NCBI GenBank assembly: GCA_029552245.1 | Contig: JAKPDW010000025.1 | Coordinates: 240,104 to 304,103 of the forward strand | Direction: 5' to 3' | Length of the DNA stretch: 64,000 bases | From: Deltaproteobacteria bacterium | GTDB taxonomy: Bacteria > Desulfobacterota > Desulfomonilia > UBA1062 | Part shown: positions 48,392 through 58,017 of the stretch, one piece after another | How the letters are laid out: each line of letters opens with the position of its first letter | Numbering within the stretch: the first letter of the stretch is position 1 | Translations under genes and position numbers: made by a program | Notes under the pieces: model-generated | Database searches by the model: none | What the model was told of the DNA's origin: nothing | Seen by the model: the letters and a program-made list of their open reading frames with translations, nothing else

Positions 48392-49051
48392 TCAGCGGTG
48401 GGAAATGATCGGCCAGTTCCTCTTCAGGGCCTCGACCCTGAGCCTTTGGGTCGGCTCCACGGCGACGGGGTGTCCCACGAGTTCCAGCATGGCGAGGTCG
48501 GCCTCGTGGTCGCCGTATGCGTAGGACGCACGCAGGTCGATACCCTCCCTTTCGGCCAGGCGCCTCACGAGTTCGCCCTTGACCGCTCCCGAACAGATAG
48601 GGCCGACGGTCCCGCCGGTGAACGAGCCGTCCGGACCCTTTTCGAGCTCCGTGCAGAGGAGGTGGTCGAAGCCCAGCTCGGCCGCAACCGGCGTGAGCAG
48701 GTACCTGAGCCCCGCCGAGACGAGGACGGTCACGTGCCCCGAAGCCTGGTGCTCCCTCAGCCTGTGCACTACGGCGGGGGCGAGGTGCGGCCTGATCACC
48801 TCGCGCCAGTAGCCTTGGGCCCCCTCCTCGAAGGGCGCAGGCTGCCTGCCCTTGTAGAAGCCGATGAGGATCCTCGCCATGGCATGGTCGCTGATCGCAC
48901 CCCTCTTGTACAGGAGGTTCGCGCATGCGACCTTGAGGAGGAAGGCGGGCCCGATCAGGCGGTGCCGCCTGAGGTAGAGGATGCCGAGCCTCGGGCTCTC
49001 GACGTCGATGAGCGTCCTGTCGAAGTCGAAGAATGCGCCTGTGGATCCCAT
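48392..49051 (-). CDS. HAD-IB family hydrolase (phosphoserine-phosphatase-like)
   Basis: Internal Met (complement 49049-51). Motif I FFDFDRTLI, motif IV YGDHEADLAML. Confidence 0.65.
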   Translation of the reverse strand: MGSTGAFFDFDRTLIDVESPRLGILYLRRHRLIGPAFLLKVACANLLYKRGAISDHAMARILIGFYKGRQPAPFEEGAQGYWREVIRPHLAPAVVHRLREHQASGHVTVLVSAGLRYLLTPVAAELGFDHLLCTELEKGPDGSFTGGTVGPICSGAVKGELVRRLAEREGIDLRASYAYGDHEADLAMLELVGHPVAVEPTQRLRVEALKRNWPIISHR

Positions 49052-49402
49052 GGGTGTTTCCCTGTCACAACGTACAGGAAACCGGCCGACCTGTGCAACG
49101 GCGACGAGCGGCGTGAAGTGCTCGATGACGTTCCAGCGCCTCGCGGCATGGAGGCCTTTCCCTCCAGGGGCGCTCTTTTCGGTGTCGCGAGGTGAAGCTG
49201 GGCATCCAGCCCCCACCCGGTCGTCTTCGCGAGGCGCCTCCCCCTCTCAGGGGGCCCCGGTCTCTCTCGCGTCCGCCGACTTGGTCCGGGGGCTCCCCTC
49301 GAAATGAGGCATCCGGCAGCTTGAAGCCTGGGTATGATCCTGCGCCGAGGTTGACTTCATGGGGCATGGCCCGTAGAATGCCCCAAAGGACGCGAAGGGG
49401 GC

Positions 49403-50185
49403 TTGGCGATGGCATCCATAGAAGAACTTCTGCGCGACAAGGGGTTGCAGCCGCCCAAGGCGACGAGGAGGGGCGACAACAGGGCCCCGGACGAGATGAG
49501 GCGCGCCGTCATCACGAGGCATTATTGCAAGCACGCCCTGGGCTCGTGCCTCATCGAGATAGGCGACACGAGGGTGGTGTGCACCGCGAGCGTGGAGAAC
49601 AAGGTGCCACCCCACCTCAAGAACACGGGTCTGGGATGGATCACGGCCGAGTACGGGATGCTCCCCGCCTCGACGAGCACGAGGACCGCCCGCGAGGCCG
49701 CGCGCGGGAGGCCCGCCGGGAGGACCCACGAGATCCAGCGGCTCATCGGCCGCTCGCTCAGGGCTGCCGCGTCCCTTGCCGACCTCGGCGAGCGGACCGT
49801 GTGGATAGACTGCGACGTGCTCCAGGCCGACGGCGGGACCAGGACAGCGGCCATCACCGGCGCCTACGTGGCGCTCCACGACGCCGTGGCGTGCATGCTG
49901 AAAGACCAGCTCATCGCGAGGAGCCCCCTCCTCGAGCAGGTGGCCGCCGTGTCCGTGGGCATCGTGAACGGGCAGGTCCTCCTCGACCTCACCTACGAGG
50001 AGGATTCGAACGCGAGCGTCGACATGAACGTGGTCATGACGAGGTCGGGAAGGATCATCGAGGTCCAGGGGACTGCCGAGAAGACGCCGTTCACCTTGGA
50101 CGAGCTCATGGCTCTCATCGGTATGGCGAAAAAGGGGATCGGCGAGCTCATCGAGAGCCAGGAGCTCGCGCTCAAGGGCACGTGA
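49403..50185 (+). CDS. rph: ribonuclease PH
   Basis: [30 protein letters not shown]...[14 protein letters not shown]...[13 protein letters not shown] aligns with RNase PH. Start may be the second Met (49409). Confidence 0.85.
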   Translation: MAMASIEELLRDKGLQPPKATRRGDNRAPDEMRRAVITRHYCKHALGSCLIEIGDTRVVCTASVENKVPPHLKNTGLGWITAEYGMLPASTSTRTAREAARGRPAGRTHEIQRLIGRSLRAAASLADLGERTVWIDCDVLQADGGTRTAAITGAYVALHDAVACMLKDQLIARSPLLEQVAAVSVGIVNGQVLLDLTYEEDSNASVDMNVVMTRSGRIIEVQGTAEKTPFTLDELMALIGMAKKGIGELIESQELALKGT

Positions 50186-50799
50186 AGATCCTGGCTGCCA
50201 CCTCCAACCCGGGAAAGATCTCGGAGATCAGGCGTATCCTGGGGGCCGGCGGCATCACCGTGGTGACCCCCGGCGAGATGGGCATCGAGATCGACGTGGA
50301 GGAGAACGGGGACACCTTCGAGGACAACGCCGTGGCGAAGGCCGTGGCCTACCTCAGGGCGAGCGGCATGCCCAGCCTCGCCGACGACTCGGGGTTGTGC
50401 GTGGAGGCCTTGGGCGGCAGGCCCGGGGTGAGATCCGCGCGTTTCGCGGGACAGGGGGCCTCCGACAGGGAAAACTACGAGCTCCTGCTCAGGCTCATGG
50501 AGGGCGTGAGCGACAGGAGGGCGGCCTTCGTGTGCACGGCGGCCCTCGCGCTCGAAGACGGCCGCATCGTAACGGCCACGGGCAGGTGCGAGGGCCTGAT
50601 CCTCGAAGCGCCCAGGGGCGCCTCGGGCTTCGGGTACGACCCGGTGTTCCTCGAGCCCGCAAGCGGGAAGACCTTCGCCGAGCTCGCGGAAGACGAGAAG
50701 AACGCGATCAGCCACCGGGGAAGAGCGCTCGTCGCCCTCATGGCGACCCTCGAGGAGATGGGCCTGCTTCCGGGCAAGGATCCCGCATCGTGTGCATAG
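50182..50799 (+). CDS. rdgB: dITP/XTP pyrophosphatase RdgB (Ham1 family)
   Basis: GTG overlaps the rph stop. [20 protein letters not shown]...EDNAVAKA...SGFGYDPVF. Classic rph-rdgB pair. Confidence 0.85.
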   Translation: MKILAATSNPGKISEIRRILGAGGITVVTPGEMGIEIDVEENGDTFEDNAVAKAVAYLRASGMPSLADDSGLCVEALGGRPGVRSARFAGQGASDRENYELLLRLMEGVSDRRAAFVCTAALALEDGRIVTATGRCEGLILEAPRGASGFGYDPVFLEPASGKTFAELAEDEKNAISHRGRALVALMATLEEMGLLPGKDPASCA

Positions 50800-50919
50800 G
50801 GTGGCCGGGCTCGGCGAAAGCCTGGTGAGCCTGGGGCGGGGAGCGCACCGCGGCCGCCCGCTCTCCCGGGTCCACCCCTTCCTGCCGGGCGGGGCCCGGG
50901 TTCTCAGCGAACCCTGAGA

Positions 50920-51133
50920 CTGGACCCCGTTCGCATGTGGGTGAATCGGGGGGGCCCACCAGAAAAAGACCACCCCTAGGCCTGGACATCGTGCGCACGA
51001 GGGTGAATCCGCCCTCCAGTACCGGGAAGCGAGCGACGACAGGGCTGGACCCCGTGCGCATGAGGGTGAATCTTCCCCGCCCGCAGGTCGTGGAGGCGCG
51101 CTGGACTGGGCCTTGTGCGCATGAGGGTGAATC
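50920..51133. repeat. CRISPR-like degenerate direct-repeat array: four 28-bp repeats (consensus CTGGACCCCGTGCGCATGAGGGTGAATC) with 33-35-bp spacers, period 61-63 bp, plus more-degenerate copies to about 51290
   Basis: Repeat ends at 50947, 51009, 51072 and 51133. Copies differ at 2-4 positions. Spacers are unrelated GC-rich sequence. A 62-bp period is not a multiple of 3 and the region has no credible ORF. Sits between rdgB and archease. No cas gene in the window. Confidence 0.5.
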
Positions 51134-51401
51134 TCGGGCGGACTTTTACGGTCCGTCTGTGCAATCCGCATCTTCCATGGGGAGCGTCCCTGCGGCTTTG
51201 TGCAACGAGCGCAACGTGAGGGCGCGGGGCGACCCCGTCCTTTCAAGCGCTCTCCCCAGGTTTCGTGCAACCGCAGGCCCGCCTTCGAGGGGGATGCACC
51301 GCCTGCCGTTCGGGCATGGGAGGTCGATCGCGTCTTTTGCCTGCGGGCATGCTGGATGTGTACAAGCAGCCCCTGTTGTGATAGCATTTTCTTTTCCGGC
51401 C

Positions 51402-51803
51402 ATGCCGTACGCTCTCGTGGACCATACCGCGGATATGGCGCTTCGGGTCAGGGCCCCGTCTATCGAGGCCCTCTTCGCCGAGGCCGCCCTCGGCCTCTGC
51501 GAGGTGCTCGACGCCCGTACCTCGTATCCCGAGGAGACCCTGCGCGTGGAACTCGAGGGCATGGACATGGAGGACCTCCTCGTGAGGTGGTTGCAGGAGG
51601 TGCTCTACCTGGTGGGGGTGAAGGGGTTCAGGGTGTACACCGTGGGCCGCATCGCCGTTGCGGGAACTTGCCTGGCGGCGGAGCTCGAAGGCGCGTTCGG
51701 GTGCGGGACTCTCGCCCTCGAGGTGAAGGCCGTGACCTACCACGGGCTCTCGATCGAGCGCGACGGGGGGGACGTCACGGCCACCGTCGTTCTCGACGTG
51801 TAA
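51402..51803 (+). CDS. archease (RtcB activator)
   Basis: MPYALVDHTADMALRVRAPSIEALFAEAA... 133 aa, archease signature. Confidence 0.8.
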   Translation: MPYALVDHTADMALRVRAPSIEALFAEAALGLCEVLDARTSYPEETLRVELEGMDMEDLLVRWLQEVLYLVGVKGFRVYTVGRIAVAGTCLAAELEGAFGCGTLALEVKAVTYHGLSIERDGGDVTATVVLDV

Positions 51804-51814
51804 TGGGGGGATCC

Positions 51815-53257
51815 ATGCCTCAACCGGTCAAACGCCGCATCGACGAGTACCGCATCGAGATCGAGCGTGTCCCGCCCATGAGGAGCAGGGGGCTCGTGTA
51901 CGCCAACAGGGCGATCGAGCGCACGATCGAGCACGACAACGTGCTGCAGCAGGTGGTGAACGTGGCGTGCCTGCCGGGCATCATCGGGCCCTCGATCGCC
52001 ATGCCCGACATCCACTGGGGCTACGGGTTCCCCATCGGCGGGGTGGCCGCCTTCTCCCTTGACGAGGGGGTCATCTCCCCGGGAGGGGTGGGCTACGACA
52101 TCAATTGCGGTGTGGGGTGCATCCTCACCGGGCTCGAGGAGAAGGACGCCGCCTTGCATACGGAGGTCCTGCTGGCGGCGCTCTTCAACGAGGTCCCCTC
52201 GGGAGTGGGGTCCAAAGGCGGCATCACCGGCGTCACCGAGAAGGAGTTCAGGAGGGTGCTCGAGCAGGGGGCCGGCTGGGCCGTGAGGAAAGGGTACTTG
52301 CCGGCCGAAGACCTCGACGCCTTCGAGGACGGGGGGTGCATCCCCGGCGCCGACCCCGATGCAGCCTCTGCCAGGGCCTACGAGAGGGGCATGCCCCAGC
52401 TCGGGACCCTGGGTTCCGGAAACCACTTCCTGGAACTGGACGTGGTCCAGGAGATCCATGACCGGAAAACCGCCGAAGCCTTCGGGCTCTTCGAGGGACA
52501 GGTCGTGGTGCTCGTGCACACGGGGTCGCGGGGGTTCGGGCACCAGGTCTGCGACGAGTACGTGCGGGACATGATAGCGGCGTCCGCCAGGTACGGCATA
52601 GACCTGCCGGACCGCCAGCTCGCCTGCGCGCCCGTGCGGAGCAGGGAGGGCAGGGAGTATCTCGGGGCCATGGCCGCCTCGGCCAACTTCGCCTTCGCGA
52701 ACCGGGCGATCGTGGCGTATCTCGTGAGGCGCGCGTTCGAGCGCGTCTTCGGCCTCTCCTTCGAGAGGCTCGGCATGCGCATGCTCGTGGACTGCTGCCA
52801 CAACGTGGCCAAGGTCGAGCGGGTGGAGTGGGAGGGCCGGGTGGTGGAGGCCTGTATCCACCGCAAGGGCGCCACGAGGGCCCTGCCCGCAGGCGATGTG
52901 AGGCTGCCCGCGAGGTACGCGGTCACGGGCCAGCCCGTGCTCGTTCCCGGCGACATGGGCAGGATGTCCTTCATCCTGTGCGCCCTCGACGGCGCCAGGG
53001 AGACCTTCTTCAGCGCCTGCCACGGCGCCGGGAGGCTGCTGTCGAGGCACGAGGCGAAGAGGGTATCCAGGGGCAGGAAGATCCTGGACGAGCTCAGGCA
53101 CAAAGGGATCCGGGCCATGGCGGCCTCGAAGGCCACGCTCGCGGAAGAGATCCCGGACGCCTACAAGGACGTTTCCGATGTCGTGGACACGGTCTCGGGC
53201 GCGGGCATCGCCAGGCCCGTGGCCCGGCTCAGGCCGTTCGCCATGGTCAAGGGGTGA
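51815..53257 (+). CDS. rtcB: RNA-splicing ligase RtcB (3'-phosphate/5'-hydroxy nucleic acid ligase)
   Basis: GGGGGGA SD. RtcB motifs PDIHWGYGFPIGGV, GYDINCG, GSGNHF, HTGSRGFGHQV, CHNVA, ACHGAGR. An alternative ATG at 51803 overlaps the archease TAA. Confidence 0.9.
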   Translation: MPQPVKRRIDEYRIEIERVPPMRSRGLVYANRAIERTIEHDNVLQQVVNVACLPGIIGPSIAMPDIHWGYGFPIGGVAAFSLDEGVISPGGVGYDINCGVGCILTGLEEKDAALHTEVLLAALFNEVPSGVGSKGGITGVTEKEFRRVLEQGAGWAVRKGYLPAEDLDAFEDGGCIPGADPDAASARAYERGMPQLGTLGSGNHFLELDVVQEIHDRKTAEAFGLFEGQVVVLVHTGSRGFGHQVCDEYVRDMIAASARYGIDLPDRQLACAPVRSREGREYLGAMAASANFAFANRAIVAYLVRRAFERVFGLSFERLGMRMLVDCCHNVAKVERVEWEGRVVEACIHRKGATRALPAGDVRLPARYAVTGQPVLVPGDMGRMSFILCALDGARETFFSACHGAGRLLSRHEAKRVSRGRKILDELRHKGIRAMAASKATLAEEIPDAYKDVSDVVDTVSGAGIARPVARLRPFAMVKG

Positions 53258-53258
53258 G

Positions 53259-53897
53259 TCAGCCCTCCTGGGCTGCTTCGGTCCCCTCGGCGGCCTCCGC
53301 CTCCACGGTCTCCGGCGCGGCCTCGGCGACGCGCGCCGAGACGAGCGATGCGATCACCTTGCGGTCGCTCACGCCGTGGCCGAGGTGGACGCCCTCTGGG
53401 AGCTTGAGGTCGGCCGCGTGTATCACGTCGTGCTTGCTCTTGATGACCGAAACGTCCACCTCGATGGACTCCGGGATCCTGTCCGGGGCGCACCTGAGGT
53501 GGATGGAGGTCTCCTCGTGGGTGATCTTGCCCAGCCCGGACTTCTCGGCAGGGGAGACCCCGACGAAGACGAGCGGTACCTCGACGGTGACCTGCCTCTT
53601 CAAGTCCACCTTGAGGAACTCCACGTGCAGGGGCCTGCCGGTGATCTTGTCCCGGTGTATGGAGTGGATCAGGACGTCGGTCTTCTTCCCGTCGACGTCG
53701 ACGGTCACGATGGAGGTCTTGTGGGCCTTGCGGTACAGCAGCTCGAAGTCGTGCTCGTCGACCTGCACATGGAGGGGTTCCACGTCCTTGCCGAAGATCA
53801 CCCCGGGCAAGACGCCCTGCCTTCTCAGCGCCCTCACCTTCTTCTTTCTCAGCTCCCGCGTCTTACCTTCGAGCGTGAACCTTTCCTGTGCAGTCAT
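53259..53897 (-). CDS. rplY: 50S ribosomal protein L25 (general stress protein Ctc form)
   Basis: 212 aa. L25 N-domain plus Ctc C-terminal extension with acidic tail. Confidence 0.8.
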   Translation of the reverse strand: MTAQERFTLEGKTRELRKKKVRALRRQGVLPGVIFGKDVEPLHVQVDEHDFELLYRKAHKTSIVTVDVDGKKTDVLIHSIHRDKITGRPLHVEFLKVDLKRQVTVEVPLVFVGVSPAEKSGLGKITHEETSIHLRCAPDRIPESIEVDVSVIKSKHDVIHAADLKLPEGVHLGHGVSDRKVIASLVSARVAEAAPETVEAEAAEGTEAAQEG

Positions 53898-54155
53898 GGT
53901 CTCCTCCGGGAATGCAGTAGAGTGTCCCTATAGCGGCAAACGCCACGCCAAGTCAATGCCCAACTCCCTTGCCCCACCCCCCGGGACCCCGCCGTGCCAT
54001 GCGTGGTGGGTGCGCCGCGCACGAGGAAACCCCTTCCCTGGGATCCGCTCGCGTCCCCGGAAGTCACCGCAGAGCACAGGCCCCCGGGAGAGTGCCGCGC
54101 CCCTTCCCCGTGCCCGGTACGTGGGCTGCCCCGTCACCACCCGGCCCGTTTTCCC

Positions 54156-54185
54156 TTGACACACAGGCCGCCTTTTGTCGATAAT
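54156..54185 (+). promoter_or_regulatory. sigma-70 promoter for greA (TTGACA-18-GATAAT)
   Basis: TTGACA 54156-61, GATAAT 54180-85. Confidence 0.45.
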
Positions 54186-54194
54186 CCCGTCATC

Positions 54195-54230
54195 GATACT
54201 GGTAGTGCCCTACCGGTATCTTTTTCTTTT
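54195..54230 (+). terminator. intrinsic terminator/attenuator in greA leader (GraL-like): 11-bp stem, 4-nt loop, T tract
   Basis: GATACTGGTAG-tgcc-CTACCGGTATC followed by TTTTTCTTTT, located between the -10 box and the greA SD (GAGGAAG) and ATG. Confidence 0.5.
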
Positions 54231-54244
54231 GTGAGGAAGCGAAC

Positions 54245-54724
54245 ATGGCCATGAAACGCAACCCCATAACCCGGGAAGGATACGCGGCGCTTAGGGAGGA
54301 GCTCGAGAGGCTCAAGAAGCACGAGAGGCCCAAGATCATCGCGGCCATAGAGGAGGCACGCGGCCACGGCGACCTGTCCGAGAACGCAGAGTACATCTAC
54401 GCCAAGGAACGCCAGGCCTTCATCGAGGCGCGGATGCAGGATCTCGAGAACAAGCTCGGCAACGCGGAGATCGTCGACACGAGCAGGCTTCCCACGGACC
54501 GCATCGTGTTCGGGTCCACCTTCGTGCTCGTCAACGTCGACACGGGCGAGGAGAGCCGCTACCAGATCGTGGGGGTGGACGAGTCCGACATCTCGAAGGG
54601 GAAGATCTCGGTCGAGTCCCCCATGGCAAAGGCCCTCATCGGCAAGAGGGTGTCGGACGAGGTGGTGGTGGAGACGCCCGCCGGCAGGCGCGAGTTCGAG
54701 GTCGTGGAGATCGTCAGCGGCTGA
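54245..54724 (+). CDS. greA: transcription elongation factor GreA
   Basis: 159 aa, typical GreA N-terminal coiled coil and C-terminal FKBP-like domain. Confidence 0.9.
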   Translation: MAMKRNPITREGYAALREELERLKKHERPKIIAAIEEARGHGDLSENAEYIYAKERQAFIEARMQDLENKLGNAEIVDTSRLPTDRIVFGSTFVLVNVDTGEESRYQIVGVDESDISKGKISVESPMAKALIGKRVSDEVVVETPAGRREFEVVEIVSG

Positions 54725-55439
54725 CGACCGGCTCCGCCTCGCGCTTCCCGAAGAGGTACGTCACCGCGACGCTCAGTTCGAACAGCGCGTAGAGCGGCAC
54801 ACCCAAGAGGGCCATGCTGAGCACGTCCGGCGGGGTCAGCACCGCAGCCGCTATGGCGATGATCAGGATCGCGTACTTGCGGTTCTTCGTCAGCGTCCTG
54901 TGGGTGACGACACCCATCCTCGCCAGGAAGAACATGACCACCGGCAGCTCGAAGGTGACCCCGAAGGCGATGATGAGGCTCATGCACAGGCTCAGGTACT
55001 CCTTCATCGAGGGCAGCGCCCGGATGTGGTCCGTGGAAAAGCTGAGGAAGAACCTGAAGCCGAAGGGGAAGGCCACGAAGAACGCGAAGGACGCCCCCAA
55101 GAGAAAGAACAAGATCGCCGCGGCCATGAAGGGGTGCACGTACCTCCGCTCGTTCGGGTAGAGCCCTGGCATCACGAACTTCCACGCCTGGTAGAAGACC
55201 ACCGGCGCCGCGAGGAAGAGACCGGCGAAGAAGGACACCTTGAGGTAGGTGACGAACGCCTCCTGGAGCGAGGTGTAGATGAGGGTGCTCCCTTCGGGCA
55301 TGGCCTGCACGAGCGGCCAGGTGAGCAGGTCGAAGATCCGGCTCGCGAAGGAGTAGGACAGGGCGAAGCCGACGCCGATCGCGGCCAGGCACTTGAGGAT
55401 CCTCCGCCTGAGCTCCTCGAGGTGCTCGGTGATGGGCAT
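54714..55439 (-). CDS. tatC: twin-arginine translocase subunit TatC
   Basis: Internal Met (complement 55437-39) gives MPITEHLEELRRRILK... with 6 TM helices. The upstream 74 codons of the track ORF are an Arg-rich artefact. Confidence 0.85.
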   Translation of the reverse strand: MPITEHLEELRRRILKCLAAIGVGFALSYSFASRIFDLLTWPLVQAMPEGSTLIYTSLQEAFVTYLKVSFFAGLFLAAPVVFYQAWKFVMPGLYPNERRYVHPFMAAAILFFLLGASFAFFVAFPFGFRFFLSFSTDHIRALPSMKEYLSLCMSLIIAFGVTFELPVVMFFLARMGVVTHRTLTKNRKYAILIIAIAAAVLTPPDVLSMALLGVPLYALFELSVAVTYLFGKREAEPVVSR

Positions 55440-55476
55440 CCGTTCCTCGTCCACGCGCCTTCTCCCCGAGCCCCGC

Positions 55477-55719
55477 TCACTCGGCGGCCTTCTGTGGGTC
55501 GTCCCTCTCCGGCCGTCTCTCGTCGTCCTTCTTCGCTTCCGGCGAGGGCCTCTCGGTGAGGCTCGACTCGAACTCCCGCTTGATGTCGTCCGTGGCCCTC
55601 TGGAACTGGCCGAACGCCCTGCCCAGGGTGCGTGCGATCTCCGGGAGGTTCTTGGGGCCAAGCACGATGAGCGCTATCACGAGTATCACGAGGAGTTCCT
55701 GGCCGCCTATGCCGAACAT
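55477..55719 (-). CDS. tatA: twin-arginine translocase TatA/TatB-family subunit
   Basis: MFGIGGQELLVILVIALIVLGPKNLPEIARTLGRAFGQF... 80 aa. C-terminal end of the 732-aa track ORF, the rest of which is an artefact. Confidence 0.8.
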   Translation of the reverse strand: MFGIGGQELLVILVIALIVLGPKNLPEIARTLGRAFGQFQRATDDIKREFESSLTERPSPEAKKDDERRPERDDPQKAAE

Positions 55720-56337
55720 GTCCCACCGTCTAACCCATGGGCAGGCCAAAGTCAAACGGGTGCTCGCAGGCAGGGCGGCCCGGCGCCCGGCGATCGCCGG
55801 GACCACAACCGTGCGGCGGAAGCGGGCCCTGGTCCGGGGAAGACGGCAGGGCATGGGGGGCGGGGTCCTTGAAGGGCGCCGAGCGCGGGGTCTCGCGCGT
55901 GCCTGCCGAGGACTCGGTGCGTGCAGGCTGACCCCTCGGGACATCCGGCGCCTTCGCCGTGGGCCGCGAAGAGGGCCGCGCCCGTGTGCACCGGAGGTCT
56001 GTTCAGGGCCGTGTATCCCGAGCAGGATGTGGACCCTCTCGCCCGCGCACACCGGGGGTCTGGTGGGAGATTTGATTCCATAGGCAGGCTGGACGCCGTC
56101 ACGCACGTACTCACCGGAATTGGGAGGAAGGTCCCTCCGGAACGAGGCCCACGAACAGGCGTCGCGCCCCCGCACATCGGGGTTGGGTGGGTGGCCTGTC
56201 TCCAGTCGATCTACGTCCTCAGTCTGGCCCGTGCACACCTGCGGTCTGGCCCCGGAGCGGTCTTTCCCCGGGGCAAGGCTGCCGGCCTTGACCCCGGATG
56301 TTCCGGGGGTTACTATGCCCAGCGGGATACCGAGAGC

Positions 56338-57453
56338 ATGAGGCGCCTGATCGTAGTCTTCGTAGCGACCATCCTGGCGCTGGAGGTGTGCGCCGTCCCC
56401 GGCGCGCGCGCGGAGACGCCGGTGGTGGGGCTCGTCGTCCCGCTGAGCGGGAGGTGGGAGGCGGTCGGCCAGAAGATTCTCCGCGGGGTCATGTGCGCCT
56501 CCGGGGTCTTCGGGGGCGAAGGGCTGGGCATCGAGTTCGTGGTGAAGGACTACGGGGACGACATGGGCAAGCTCGCATCCATCGTGGACGGGCTCGCCTC
56601 TGACGACAGGGTCCTGGCCGTCATCGGGCCGGTGGGCGAGAAGGCGGTCGAGGTCGCCTGCTCGCATGCCACGCCGGCCGGCCTGCCTGTGATCTCGTTC
56701 ACGCAGGCGGAGCCGGCGGGGTCGAAAGGCACGGTGTGCTTCAGGAACTTCCTCACGGTCGAGACGCAGGCGCATGCGCTGCTGGCCGCCGCCGCCTCGC
56801 TCGGGGTCACGAGGTTCGCGGTCTTCGGCCCGGACGACCAGTTCGGCAAGACCCTCGCGCACCACTTTACCCGACTCGCGCCCACCTACGGCGTGCGCGT
56901 CCTTGCCGCAAGGACCTACCCTCCCACGCACCCCGACTTCCAGCTCGAGCTCAGGGAGCTGTTCAAGGGCATGGGCGAAGGGGCACGCCAGGTGCAGGCG
57001 TTGCTCGTGCCGGACGAGGCCGCGAACGCGGGCATGATCGCCTCGTACCTCGCCTACCTCAAGAGGCAGGGCATAAGGCTCTTCGGCCCCAGCCTGTGGG
57101 ACAGCCCCGACCTCATGCGGGCAGGTGGGGCGAACGTCGAGGGCGCGGTCTTCTTGAGCGGGTTCTTCCCGCACGGCTACTCGTCCGCCGCGAGGGATTT
57201 CGCGGAGGCGTTCAGGCCGTACGGCGCGAACCCCGGGGTGTGGGAGGCGAGCGCCTACGACACGGCGCGCATCGTCTCGAACATCCTGCAGGAAGGGGTG
57301 CGTTCCCGCAAGGGCGTCGCCGCGCGGCTCGCTTCCGTCAGGCGGTACGACGGCGCGAGCGGCCTCACGAGCCTGTTCCCCGACGGGTCGCTCGAGAAAC
57401 AGCCGAGGGTGCTCTCGGTGCGGGGCGGCGCCGTGGTGGAGATCTTCCCGTGA
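56338..57453 (+). CDS. periplasmic ligand-binding protein, type 1 PBP (LivK/branched-chain amino-acid binding-like)
   Basis: Internal Met at 56338 with signal peptide MRRLIVVFVATILALEVCAVPGARA. Leu/Ile/Val-BP-like fold. No cognate permease or ATPase adjacent. Confidence 0.6.
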   Translation: MRRLIVVFVATILALEVCAVPGARAETPVVGLVVPLSGRWEAVGQKILRGVMCASGVFGGEGLGIEFVVKDYGDDMGKLASIVDGLASDDRVLAVIGPVGEKAVEVACSHATPAGLPVISFTQAEPAGSKGTVCFRNFLTVETQAHALLAAAASLGVTRFAVFGPDDQFGKTLAHHFTRLAPTYGVRVLAARTYPPTHPDFQLELRELFKGMGEGARQVQALLVPDEAANAGMIASYLAYLKRQGIRLFGPSLWDSPDLMRAGGANVEGAVFLSGFFPHGYSSAARDFAEAFRPYGANPGVWEASAYDTARIVSNILQEGVRSRKGVAARLASVRRYDGASGLTSLFPDGSLEKQPRVLSVRGGAVVEIFP

Positions 57454-58017
57454 TCTCGCATCCGTAAGCCTGCCCCTGGGGGAGCCGGGCCAAAGGACGC
57501 CTTTTTGGGTCGTGGAGGGGGCCTTCTCTCGGCGCCCATGTCTGCGTGGGGGGCGCGGGAGGCCGGCGCCGCCACGGTGCAGGCGTCGCCGCCTTCGCCC
57601 GTTGCTTGGCGGCGGGCTGTGCATCGGGCTTGCGCGGGCCGAAAGCGGGTGGGCCCTCGTGATGCGGCGGCGCATGGTTTCTGAAAGAGGAGCAGCCCCG
57701 TCGCCCTCGCCCGTGGCGGTGTGATCGTGGGCGCCATGCGACAGGGCCTGAGGCCGTTTTTAGGCAAATCCTGTGAAGGGCTGCCCTGCATGCCGCGCCT
57801 TGGGGGCGAGGCAGCTGGGACGACACCTCGCACGTCCCACGGGGCGGCCATGCGCGCGTCGATCGAGCGCGTATCCAGAAAAAGGCGTCGTACTCGGAAA
57901 CCACGTGCGGGGGTGCGTGCGGGCCCGTCCCGGGCTCGTCCTTGACTGAGGCCGGCCGGGCGTGAGGCCAAAAATCCCTTGATCGCCCACGTGATCTGTC
58001 CTAGTCTTGGTGGCCGT

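Noticed and set aside
51300-51400. Sigma-54 promoter upstream of archease (CTGGATgtgtacaaGCA)
   Set aside because: GG-to-GC spacing is right, but the -24 and -12 boxes each deviate strongly from TGGCAC/TTGCA, so this is too weak to call.
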